NCBI GenBank assembly: GCA_019057385.1
Contig: JAHQJS010000004.1
Span: forward strand, 1,137,068-1,201,067
Reading direction: 5' to 3'
Source of the DNA: Candidatus Borrarchaeum weybense
Lineage (GTDB): Archaea > Asgardarchaeota > Sifarchaeia > Borrarchaeales > Borrarchaeaceae
Length of the DNA: 64,000 nucleotides
In this document: in pieces, positions 49,347 to 58,578 of the stretch
How positions within the stretch are numbered: position 1 is the stretch's first letter
Layout: every line of letters starts with the position of its first letter
The notes under the pieces: model-generated
The model's input: the letters and a program-made list of their open reading frames with translations, nothing else
Database searches by the model: none
Told to the model about the DNA's origin: nothing
Program-made: the position numbers and the translations under genes

Positions 49347-50808
49347 AACAGTTCTAATTAACTTACTATAACTTTATATCACCTCATATTATTGAAGCGT
49401 CCACCTTCTGTGTCAGCTTTTAGTTACATCCTGGGGTCTGTCTGTTTATAGGGATGAGACCCCATAATTACTACTAGTTGTTAAACATGACGGCGATTAT
49501 TACACTGCCAGGGGTCATCACCTCGGTTACTAACAGGGCATTGTTGAATGCCCTTCTGCGAAAATTCGGCAATGCCCGAAGACGGGCTTTTTCTCTGAAA
49601 CGCAAAGGTTTAGCGACTTCCTGTATCGAAACAATCCTTCAGCAAGAAATCGGGCTCAATGCCCGTTATATTAAGGACGCATATTACTCCATCAAAGATT
49701 TACCTTATAATACCACGTTTGGGGGGTTGAAGAACCAGCGGTTGCGCGAGAAAGGTAAAATTACCAAAGAAGAATACAAGCAACGCCGAAATGCGCTCCT
49801 TATCTCCCGAGGAGAACGCTCTAAGAAGGGCAACCTCAACCTCAGACTTGATTTTTCCACCATGCAACTGCGCATCAACACCTGTCGTAACGATAACAAG
49901 TGGATGTTTGCCAATGTATTCATCCCGCAAAAATATCTCGACAAATACCATGGATATCTGGACGGTTCGCACCCTTATACCGTGCTGCTTAAGCGGCGGG
50001 ACTTTGACCGGGGCTATGACCTGCGTATCAGCATTAAAATCCCCTGCATGATACAGGAGGCCTCACGGGTGATGACACTGGATATCAATGCTGGTCACAC
50101 CGATTTCGCTGTGATGAACAAGGAGGATGGCATGCCTGTAGCGATAGGGAGGTTCAACCATCATAAGACCCAGTACACTAGGCGGGGAAAACGCAACCAT
50201 CTGTTGAACATGCTGGTGAGAAAGATCGGCAACTTAGCGCGACATTACTATGCTGAGGTAGTGGTGGGATCTCTCAACACAGGTAAGTTCAAAAGTTACA
50301 GCAAGAAAGCCACACGGACGATTCGCCAGCTGCCGCAGTACCAGTTTAGGCACTTGCTGAAGCGGTTGGAGTTGCAGGGTACAAAAGTGAGTGAAAGGTC
50401 GGAGGCCTACACCAGCAAGTTAGGTGACGTCATCTCTCAGTTAATAGGGTATGACATTCACAAGTGTGCGGCGATGATGTTCGCACTGAAGGTCATCAAC
50501 TATGACTTATTTAAGCAGTTGAAGACGTTTCTCTTCGGAGTCCCATCATATGAGGCTTATGGAAGGCGGAGACGTGGGCGAAGGAGAGAAAGCGGGCTAA
50601 CTGCCCCCATCCAGTACCGAAAGTTTCTAAAAAGTATGAAGTTCTGGATGGCGATGAACTCCTCAATAGTAAAAGAGGATGGAGGCTACCTCCCGACTCC
50701 AGGTAGGGAGGGGTTGTCCTTTCTGGACAATTTAAAAGCGAACTTTCCTTGTCTGACCATGAACATATGGTAAGCTATATGAAGATATGGTAAGTATCGT
50801 GACCTGGT
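49344..50808 (+). mobile_element. IS607-like non-autonomous tnpB element inserted at the iorA/iorB junction
   Basis: TGGT core at both junctions; 10-bp-period subterminal repeats; excision restores TAATG coupling. Confidence 0.75.
49487..50773 (+). CDS. tnpB: Atypical TnpB-related protein (no zinc finger, altered RuvC motifs)
   Basis: SRG..KKGNLNLR, TLDINAG, VVGSL, SEAYTSK, DIH..AA. Confidence 0.75.
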   Translation: MTAIITLPGVITSVTNRALLNALLRKFGNARRRAFSLKRKGLATSCIETILQQEIGLNARYIKDAYYSIKDLPYNTTFGGLKNQRLREKGKITKEEYKQRRNALLISRGERSKKGNLNLRLDFSTMQLRINTCRNDNKWMFANVFIPQKYLDKYHGYLDGSHPYTVLLKRRDFDRGYDLRISIKIPCMIQEASRVMTLDINAGHTDFAVMNKEDGMPVAIGRFNHHKTQYTRRGKRNHLLNMLVRKIGNLARHYYAEVVVGSLNTGKFKSYSKKATRTIRQLPQYQFRHLLKRLELQGTKVSERSEAYTSKLGDVISQLIGYDIHKCAAMMFALKVINYDLFKQLKTFLFGVPSYEAYGRRRRGRRRESGLTAPIQYRKFLKSMKFWMAMNSSIVKEDGGYLPTPGREGLSFLDNLKANFPCLTMNIW

Positions 50809-50816
50809 GTTCAATA

Positions 50817-51449
50817 ATGGTAGCCGGTTATAATATTATGCTGTCGGGTGTTGGTGGTCAAGGACTTATGTTACTATCATCAATCATTGGAAATGCCTGT
50901 AACAAACTAGGACTGAAAGTAATAACTGGAGAACAGCATGGCCTCTCTCAAAGATCTGGCTCAATCTATGTCCATCTTAGAATCGGTGAAAAGGTACATT
51001 CGCCATTAATTCCTTATGGTTTCGCAGACATGATTATTTCTATGGAAGCTACTGAGGTTCTGCGTTATATTGAATTTCTCAAAGATGATGGAATCATCAT
51101 TATGAACAGACGTATTATGCATCCTTCTCTAGTAACTGCTGATATTGCAAAGCACAGAGATGAAAATCGTAGATATATCACCTTAGAACAGATATTTGCT
51201 CAGTTAAAACAAGTAACTAGCAATATTATTATATTAGACGCAACAAAACTTGCTGAACTTGCTGGGAATCCAAGAACCGAAAACACGGTATTGAGTGGTG
51301 CAGCCAGTGCTTTACAAGAGTTCCCCATCGATAAAGATGTTCTGAAGGAGGCTATCAAGGATTTGGTGCCATCTAAGACAATTGAAGAAAATATTAGAGC
51401 GTTTGACTTAGGCTATGAAGAGGCAAAGAAAATCCTTACGAGTCTATGA
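50817..51449 (+). CDS. iorB: Indolepyruvate:ferredoxin oxidoreductase beta subunit
   Basis: GVGGQG, HGLSQRSGS, N..AF..G; true start ATG 50817. Confidence 0.93.
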   Translation: MVAGYNIMLSGVGGQGLMLLSSIIGNACNKLGLKVITGEQHGLSQRSGSIYVHLRIGEKVHSPLIPYGFADMIISMEATEVLRYIEFLKDDGIIIMNRRIMHPSLVTADIAKHRDENRRYITLEQIFAQLKQVTSNIIILDATKLAELAGNPRTENTVLSGAASALQEFPIDKDVLKEAIKDLVPSKTIEENIRAFDLGYEEAKKILTSL

Positions 51450-51502
51450 GCTCACTTTTTTTATAATAGCAAGATACGAGAAAAAAGAGAGTCTACTAGT
51501 AG

Positions 51503-51573
51503 AATGATTAAACTTAAAAACAAAGAGAAAGAAAGAGAATCTAATTGACAAAATGATTAAATTTAAAAATAAA
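51503..51573. repeat. 22-bp direct repeat pair upstream of csp
   Basis: aatgattaaa(c/t)ttaaaaa(c/t)aaa at 51503 and 51552. Confidence 0.5.
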
Positions 51574-51692
51574 AATTTATTCTATGGTTTTTGTTTAGAA
51601 TCAAAAGAAGTTAAGAAGTTTTAAATTTCCAAGTTTATGCTTTTTTTCGTCTAATGAATTTTAAGTTAAAACCAGTATAGGAGGCTATATTT

Positions 51693-51890
51693 ATGCCAGA
51701 AGGAACTGTAAAATTTTTCAATACTATGCGAAACTTCGGCTTTATTACCGGCGATGACGGCAAAGACTACTTCGTCCACATTAGTGGAATTAAAGAAGGA
51801 ACAGTAATTGGTGATGGTGACCGGGTCGCTTTTGAGGTAGTCCAAGGCGATAGAGGACCGAAGGCTGAACAAGTTGTAAAAATTGAGTGA
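51693..51890 (+). CDS. cspA: Cold-shock domain protein
   Basis: GTVKFFN, FGFI, FVHIS, RGPKA; AGGAGG SD. Confidence 0.95.
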   Translation: MPEGTVKFFNTMRNFGFITGDDGKDYFVHISGIKEGTVIGDGDRVAFEVVQGDRGPKAEQVVKIE

Positions 51891-51902
51891 ATGACAAATC
51901 CA

Positions 51903-51928
51903 AACTACCCTTCTTGCGTGAAGGGGCG
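51903..51928 (-). other. Hairpin after csp resembling an IS right end
   Basis: Minus strand gccccttcacgcaagaagggtagtt. Confidence 0.35.
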
Positions 51929-52373
51929 ACAAATAATCAAGTAGATCGTATCTTATAGTTAGTAACTATTTCGCGTGCTATCTATAGTCCAAAAACTAAA
52001 AACCTTTAAACTAGCGTACAGCAACGTATCAATTTGCGGATTCCGCTAATTGACCTCACGATTCATCTATTTTTCTATCGAGAACTTAGCACAACGAAAA
52101 TGCCGCGATGTGAAAGACTTCCATAACATCTTTCATACTGACAATTTTATGGCGAATCATTTTCTCTGCACCAGGAATGTTACAGTAACAGTCTCTTCTA
52201 CTCCATCTTCATAAACTTCTTCAGTAGTCTGCAATTCCAAGAACCTCACCATTTTTTATCGTTTTTTTAATGATAAATTATTTATATTCATTCCAAAAAA
52301 AGCGCATTGCGTTGAAGATCCTTAAAAAAAAATAGAATATCGATTATGAAATCTATGCTAAGGTGGTATGTTT

Positions 52374-52523
52374 GTGGATGTTGAATTACAGGTAAATGGT
52401 AATAATATTCCTCTTCATAAATTTGCACAAAAAATCTGGCGTGGAGTCATTATTGGGCTTGTTAAAGAACTGAAAGGGGTTCCTGACGATATACATAATG
52501 TAAAACTACAGATTAAACTATGA
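52374..52523 (+). CDS. 49-aa protein resembling a standalone MobB C-terminal-type domain
   Basis: AGGTGG SD; V.L.VNG..IPL..F.Q.I....I.GLV..LKG. Confidence 0.6.
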   Translation: MDVELQVNGNNIPLHKFAQKIWRGVIIGLVKELKGVPDDIHNVKLQIKL

Positions 52524-52715
52524 TATTCTTAATATGCTTTAAGAAAATATTCTTATGTCAAATAGTAGATGACCAGTAATGCCAAATTTAGTCTGTCTGC
52601 TAGTTTTTGTTCACATCGATAAATTTCTATAGAACAAACTTAATCGTTCGATAGAAATGATTTTAAATCATTTATTCCTTGCTTGAGAAATGATGATTTT
52701 TACAGGAGGACGAAT

Positions 52716-53063
52716 ATTATCAGAAATGAAGAAGAGTTATGGAAAAAATACGAAGAGCAGCTGAAGTTATTAAAAAGTGATGATCAACCGAATCCCTTTG
52801 AGAGTATGTCGACGTTTCAATTAAGAAGAATAAGTATTTCGCTTCTTGAGTGGACGTTAGGCCTTAAAAGCGAAAAACCCACCGAAGAAGAAATCCACGC
52901 CGAATATATTAAACAAATAAAAAATCGCCCAAGACCACAAAAAGGCATTATGCGAGGTCTCCCTGCTCAGAAACGGAATGTAACGACCGCTTGGCTTGGA
53001 TGGATTCTTGGCATACCGGACAACGAAATAATGAAGCATCAAAAGCAGCATGAGGTTAAGTGA
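52716..53063 (+). CDS. Hypothetical protein, paralog of 41072-41410 (start uncertain: ATT/ATC, or TTG at 52683)
   Basis: AGGAGG at 52704-52709; IRNEEEL aligns with the paralog's MRSEDEL. Confidence 0.7.
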   Translation: MIRNEEELWKKYEEQLKLLKSDDQPNPFESMSTFQLRRISISLLEWTLGLKSEKPTEEEIHAEYIKQIKNRPRPQKGIMRGLPAQKRNVTTAWLGWILGIPDNEIMKHQKQHEVK

Positions 53064-53152
53064 GCATCATTAGTGTTTAGTATTTCCATAACAGTTCACA
53101 TTCGATAATCGTGAATAACTTTCTTATGAATTGAATGTACGGAGGCAAGAAA

Positions 53153-54061
53153 ATGTCTGCATTGGAAACAGTTGATCTAAGAACCGTTATAGATCCAATA
53201 TTTGAAAAAGTAGTAGGAAGAAGGAAAGAAGTAGTGCTTATTCTCTCGGCATTAAAAGCGGGAAAGCCCATTCTTCTTGAAGGACCCCCAGGAGTTAGCA
53301 AAACAACAATTTTACGAACTTTGAGTGGTATTTTAGGAGTACCATTTCATTTTGTTGAAGGTAATGAGGATCTAACAGCCTCGAAATTAATTGGCTATTT
53401 TGACCCTGCAGCTGTATTACAGACTGGATATCGCCCAGAGAATTTCAGAGAAGGGGCTCTTACGTTAGCAATGCGAGATGGAGGTATACTTTATATTGAA
53501 GAAATAAATAGAGCACCCCCAGACGCGCTAAACAGTCTAGTTGTAGCGCTTTCTGAAAAAGAAATTCATGTTCCACGTTTTGGGGAAATCTCTGCGAGCC
53601 CAGGATTCCGAGTTGTTGCTGCGATGAATCCTTATGATGATATTGGTGTTCAAAGAATTAGCAGAGCTATTCTTGATCGATTCACAAAATTAAAGCTGGA
53701 TTACCAGAGTAAAGAAGAAGAAATGGAAATAGTGCGTGTAAACACCAAGGACAACAGTGAAAAACTAATGGAGTTAGGTGTAGAAATAGGACGCCGCAGT
53801 CGAGATAACCCTGACTTACGCTTGGGAGCAAGTGTCAGAGGAGCTATTGATTTTGTAAACGTGGTAATGGAAAGACAAGTGTTTGATCCTTCACTTACAA
53901 AGGAAGATCTTATCGAATGCGCTTCCTTGACGTACAGCTCAAAGATCTGGCTCTCAGCAACGACAGAAAAAACCGAAGAAGATGTAATTAGGGATATCGT
54001 TAATGCAGTCTTCAATGAGATGGAACCAGAAACACTTGAAGAGATAAATAAAAACTCGTAG
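53153..54061 (+). CDS. MoxR/CoxD-like AAA+ ATPase
   Basis: EGPPGVSKT, IEEINR, AAMNP, DRF, GASVR. Confidence 0.88.
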   Translation: MSALETVDLRTVIDPIFEKVVGRRKEVVLILSALKAGKPILLEGPPGVSKTTILRTLSGILGVPFHFVEGNEDLTASKLIGYFDPAAVLQTGYRPENFREGALTLAMRDGGILYIEEINRAPPDALNSLVVALSEKEIHVPRFGEISASPGFRVVAAMNPYDDIGVQRISRAILDRFTKLKLDYQSKEEEMEIVRVNTKDNSEKLMELGVEIGRRSRDNPDLRLGASVRGAIDFVNVVMERQVFDPSLTKEDLIECASLTYSSKIWLSATTEKTEEDVIRDIVNAVFNEMEPETLEEINKNS

Positions 54062-54324
54062 TAGGGCGACTCGCGATCCATAGACCGCTCCTGTTTAATA
54101 ACTGATCTTTTTTCCATCTCTATTTAATATCTTTTTTCATTTTTTAACAGTTTATTTTACTGTTTTTCTAAGGGTAATTGCGCGCCTAATGAGCTACAAT
54201 TACACCCCCAATCCAACAACCTATTTTTGTATTCCATAAGTTTTTATCTATGAAATAATAGAGTATAGGAATAATTTCTTATAAAAATATTCCAATACAA
54301 AAATAGAAAAAAAAAAATTCGTAG

Positions 54325-56322
54325 GTGTTAAGTATGCCACAGATTTTTGATCCAATAAGCTTTGGTCGTATGAAATTAGAGAACCGTTACATTGCTGCGC
54401 CAATGCTGACTGATACGTTAGATGAAGATGGATCTATGACTGAACGCTATTTAGAAACCATGAAGTATACTGCAAAAGGGGGATGGGGGCTTGTCCTATG
54501 CCAAGCAACGCAGGTCCATCCAAGTGGACAAGTTGTTCGTAATGAATTAGCCGCTTATGACGATAAGTTTACACCTGGACTATACGAAGTTGCGGAAACT
54601 ATCAAACGAGAGGGCCCTCATGCAGGAATCCAACTCTTCCATGGTGGAGCTCTTTGTCATCCATTAGTGATTCGAAAAACAGTAGATGCACCGAGTCCGG
54701 AGTTTCCTCCTGAAACACCAGTTGCACCGAGTCCGATAAAATCTTTTCTTAACCCTGCCGTAACATGTAAAGAGTTGACGCACGAAGAAATACTGGAATT
54801 AGTTGAATGCTATGGGGCGGCAGCTGGAAGAGCTAAGGAAGCGGGATTCGAATGCATCGAAATACATGCCTGCCATGGGTCACTTCCACACCAATTTCGA
54901 ACGCCACGAAACAATCTAAGAGACGATGAATGGGGACAGGATAAGCACCTTTTCATTAAAAAAATTGCAGAGTCTGTGAGAAAAAACGTGGGGCCAGATT
55001 TTCCGTGGTGGTTTAGGATCAGTGCGGATGATCATGCCGCGCCAGGTACGCCCGGATTTACATTAGAGGACACGGCAACAAAACTCGTACCCGTCTTAGA
55101 AAAGGCTGGTGTAGCTGCTATTCATTCTTCAAGTGGGGCAGTAGATGCTTCAGGTGTCTGGGTGATTCAACCGCTTTATTGGGAGCAAGGATGTCTTGTA
55201 CCAGAAGCTAAACGCCTAAAAGAGGTGGCGACCGTACCTGTTGGTACTGTAGGCAAGATTATGGCTCCTGAGATGGCTGCCAGAATCATTGAGGAGGAGA
55301 GTGCAGATTGGGTTGCCCTCGGCAGACCAGCTTGGGCAGATCCCTGGTATCCAAAAAAACATTTTGAGGGACGACCAGAGGATGTTCGCCGGTGCATTTC
55401 TTGTGACTGGTGTACATATCTCTACATTCTCGCAAATGTGCCAGCTAGATGTGCTGTAAATTACTCCTTTGGACGGGAAACTCGATATCCGCCAGATGAG
55501 TATCTACAACCCGCTGAAACTCCTAAGGATGTCCTCGTTATCGGAGGAGGAGTTGCAGGAATGGAGGCGGCGAGAGTAGCTGCGCTTCGAGAGCACAACG
55601 TCACATTATATGAAAAGGACAATGAACTTGGCGGAATTATGCGCTATGCGTCCGATATCCCTTATCTCTACACTGGCGATTTAATGCAAATAGCTACATG
55701 GCAAATGACCCAATTGGAGAAACTTGGGGTCGAGGTAAAGTTAGGCGAAGCAGTAACCGTAGATCTCGTGGATAGAATAAACCCAGACGTCGTCGTAGTC
55801 GCCACTGGTGGAGTTTCTCCCAAACCGACAAGAATCCCAGGAATTGAACGCGCTATAACTTTTGACGAGTACTTGATGAAACGTCCCGAACTAGGTAAAG
55901 ATGTAGTAGTTTTAGGAGGATACGAAGGAGCAGAAGCATCGGTTTCTATCGCCCGACAAGATAAGAACGTGACCATGGTAAGTGAATCTGGTAGTATAAC
56001 AGAGGCTGCTTACTTCTTTAATCTTCTTAGAGTTGTGCCATTGACGCTGTTTTTTATGCCGGATGCAAATGTAAAATCTATCACTAATGCGACAATAAAA
56101 GAAATAACTGCTGATAGTGTTCGTATTGAGGTCGAAGGGGCAGAAAAAGTTCTTAAAGCTGATAATGTTGTTACATGCTTCCCAAGAGAACCCGTGGGAA
56201 TGGCTCTTTACAATTCACTAAAGGGTAAAGTCCCAGAACTCTACAAAGCCGGTGATTGTGTAAAAGCAGGAGCAACGTGGAACGCAATTGATGATGGAAA
56301 CTGGATAGCCCGTAAGATTTAG
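54325..56322 (+). CDS. Old-yellow-enzyme / 2,4-dienoyl-CoA reductase-like FMN/FAD/Fe-S oxidoreductase
   Basis: QLFHGG, EIHACHGSL, N.RDDEWG, CISCDWC..C, GGGVAG. Confidence 0.9.
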   Translation: MLSMPQIFDPISFGRMKLENRYIAAPMLTDTLDEDGSMTERYLETMKYTAKGGWGLVLCQATQVHPSGQVVRNELAAYDDKFTPGLYEVAETIKREGPHAGIQLFHGGALCHPLVIRKTVDAPSPEFPPETPVAPSPIKSFLNPAVTCKELTHEEILELVECYGAAAGRAKEAGFECIEIHACHGSLPHQFRTPRNNLRDDEWGQDKHLFIKKIAESVRKNVGPDFPWWFRISADDHAAPGTPGFTLEDTATKLVPVLEKAGVAAIHSSSGAVDASGVWVIQPLYWEQGCLVPEAKRLKEVATVPVGTVGKIMAPEMAARIIEEESADWVALGRPAWADPWYPKKHFEGRPEDVRRCISCDWCTYLYILANVPARCAVNYSFGRETRYPPDEYLQPAETPKDVLVIGGGVAGMEAARVAALREHNVTLYEKDNELGGIMRYASDIPYLYTGDLMQIATWQMTQLEKLGVEVKLGEAVTVDLVDRINPDVVVVATGGVSPKPTRIPGIERAITFDEYLMKRPELGKDVVVLGGYEGAEASVSIARQDKNVTMVSESGSITEAAYFFNLLRVVPLTLFFMPDANVKSITNATIKEITADSVRIEVEGAEKVLKADNVVTCFPREPVGMALYNSLKGKVPELYKAGDCVKAGATWNAIDDGNWIARKI

Positions 56323-56489
56323 CCTTCACTTCTCCTATTTTCTTTTTTTATTCATTCTCTGTTGTTTTGGAATGCTAGAAACGAAATCTATATAAAGCTT
56401 CAAAAATGCCCAGATACTTAATTAGTTCTCGATTGAGACTCGCCTCCTGTTTAGTTAATGATTTCAAATATTTTGGCGAGGAAAGGCCA

Positions 56490-57698
56490 GTGATATTCGC
56501 AAAAAGTGAGATAGACTCATCTTTTATTGACCAAATTTCATCGCTTAGCGGGCAAAATATTAGATTGTGCTCTCAATGCTCTCAATGTACTAGCAGTTGC
56601 CCAATTTCTTATGTTGACTCTTTTAACATTAGAAAATTGATAAGAGAGTTACAATTTGGTTTAAAAGAGAAAATCCTGCCTGGTGATGACATTTGGAAGT
56701 GTACTATGTGTTACGAGTGTTATGATCGCTGCCCAAATAACGTCAACATACCTAAAGTTATTGCAACGCTGAGAAAGTTGGCAATAGATGAAGGCTTAGG
56801 ACCTAAAGCAGTGTTAGATGCAGAAAAAAACATCCTAGAATCGGCGAATGTCTTTAACCTAGACGAAGAAACGAGAGAGTTAGCATTAGAGGACATAAAG
56901 GACAGACTTGCTGCAAAAAGAATATCTTTTCCTACAAAACCTAAAGCCAAAGTTGTATACTTTCCAGGATGCCTCTCTCTATATTTAAATAGAGCCCAAG
57001 AAATCGCCTGTTCAATCATTGCGATTCTCAATAAAGTTAAGGAAAATTGGACGTTTCTAGAAGAACTAAAATGCTGTGGACAGCCTCTTATCCTCACTGG
57101 CGCAGCTTCTGAAGATGATCTTAAGAAAATCGCTGAATGGAATGTGGACCAGATTGAAAAAAGTGGAGCGAAACGTTTGGTAACAGGTTGCCCTAGTTGT
57201 TTTCAAGCCTTTAAAGAAGAGTACCCTAAGATTCTAGGAAGAGAGCCAAATTTTGAAGTTGTTCACTTTATTCAACTTTTGAACGAGTACATTAATAAAA
57301 GACGCCTTCAGCGTCCTAGAAAACTGATCGAGCGAGTTACATATCATGATCCATGCGAACTCGGACGCGTTTGTGGAATATTTGATGAGCCCAGAGAACT
57401 CTTACTGAGAAAAAAACTCGTAAGTAGATTTGTTGAGAGTAAAGAGAGTTTAAGGAATAGCCGATGTTGTGGTGCAGGTGGTTTCTTAAAAAGTACGCAT
57501 GAAAAATTGTCTAATGATTTGGCTAATGAGCGAATTAAGACTCTCATAAAAACTAAAACTGGACAGCATGTCCCAGTTTGTATCACAGCCTGTCCAAGTT
57601 GCAAGTTAAATCTTATAGATGCTGCTCAACGAAATAATGACGAAATAAAAATAATGGACATAGCTGAACTGGTTGCGCAGCAATTAAGATTACTGTAA
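56490..57698 (+). CDS. HdrC/HdrD(GlpC)-like Fe-S oxidoreductase with two CCG domains
   Basis: Two CxxCxxCxxxCP motifs, CCG, YHDPC, CCGAGG; likely GTG start at 56490. Confidence 0.88.
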   Translation: MIFAKSEIDSSFIDQISSLSGQNIRLCSQCSQCTSSCPISYVDSFNIRKLIRELQFGLKEKILPGDDIWKCTMCYECYDRCPNNVNIPKVIATLRKLAIDEGLGPKAVLDAEKNILESANVFNLDEETRELALEDIKDRLAAKRISFPTKPKAKVVYFPGCLSLYLNRAQEIACSIIAILNKVKENWTFLEELKCCGQPLILTGAASEDDLKKIAEWNVDQIEKSGAKRLVTGCPSCFQAFKEEYPKILGREPNFEVVHFIQLLNEYINKRRLQRPRKLIERVTYHDPCELGRVCGIFDEPRELLLRKKLVSRFVESKESLRNSRCCGAGGFLKSTHEKLSNDLANERIKTLIKTKTGQHVPVCITACPSCKLNLIDAAQRNNDEIKIMDIAELVAQQLRLL

Positions 57699-57797
57699 AC
57701 TCACCTCGCGTATAGAATGTTAGATCGCACCTAAGTTAGAGACTTTCTACGAATGATTTCACCTTTTCTTCATAAGTGCAAGATTTAACTTCTTCTG

Positions 57798-57968
57798 AAA
57801 GTCACTAAGTGTGCGTGGAAAACAGCGTACAACGATCTCAGCGATTGGCTCTTAATTTGGCATGATATTGTTACTAAGACCATAAATCCAAAGGCAACCG
57901 TTGAACGCCCTAAAGGAATGTGTGCAGAGGATCCATATTGCGAATATGTTTGGAGAATAGAAGAGTGA
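57798..57968 (+). pseudogene. 3' fragment paralogous to 12028-12507
   Basis: CAWKT..DLSDW..INPKATVERPKGMCAEDPYCEYVWRIEE; no start codon or N-terminal half. Confidence 0.75.
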
Positions 57969-58166
57969 ACCTAGTACTTTAACGCGGTCTCTAAAGCTGT
58001 CGTGCATAGGAGTGAACATAAATGGGGGAATTATTGGAGAAAATACCGATTGAAACGTGTTGGGCAATAACTGCTAAAATTCTCTGGATATTCATATTTT
58101 TCTAAATTCTTCTTTTCTCACTGTAAGATCTGTTATAAAAAATGGAAAAAAACAAAGAGATTTAAG

Positions 58167-58472
58167 CTAAAAGATTTCATCGCCACTTTTGCCTTCAAGT
58201 TTTGGATGATTATCAAATCGTATTGCGCCTACTGGGATTTTTCCTTCCACTGCTTCAACTATTTTTACAACACCTTTGTGACCAAATCCCCCACATAATT
58301 CAAATGCTTCAATTCCTTCTTCTTCAACCAATTTCTTTGCAACTTCAACTGCTTCTTCATAGTTTTTTGCAGATACTATATACGCTTCTACTGATGGTGT
58401 TGAGACGATTGCTTTGTGTTTTTCAGGATCCCCATCTGGAGACAGGAAAATAAATGCAAATTTAAAAGCCAA
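58167..58472 (-). CDS. DUF6506-like small protein
   Basis: AFIF, ELCGGFG motif; GGAGG SD. Confidence 0.75.
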   Translation of the reverse strand: MAFKFAFIFLSPDGDPEKHKAIVSTPSVEAYIVSAKNYEEAVEVAKKLVEEEGIEAFELCGGFGHKGVVKIVEAVEGKIPVGAIRFDNHPKLEGKSGDEIF

Positions 58473-58578
58473 AAATATCCCTCCACACTTAGTATATTCT
58501 ATTTATATTCCTAGATTCTTCATAAAAGTTTTCTCAAAAATTTGTTAAATTCTAATGGGCAGATCAAAATATACATTT

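Noticed and set aside
49344-49486. IStron (group I intron) in the IS607-like element
   Set aside because: Only ~140 nt precede tnpB, too short for a group I core; no bulge-helix-bulge geometry at the junctions.
50787-50816. Track start of iorB
   Set aside because: Lies inside the IS right end; the real start is ATG 50817.
54047-54105. Programmed -1 frameshift from MoxR into a vWA partner
   Set aside because: The slippery run is weak, the -1 frame closes after ~16 codons, and no vWA gene follows.
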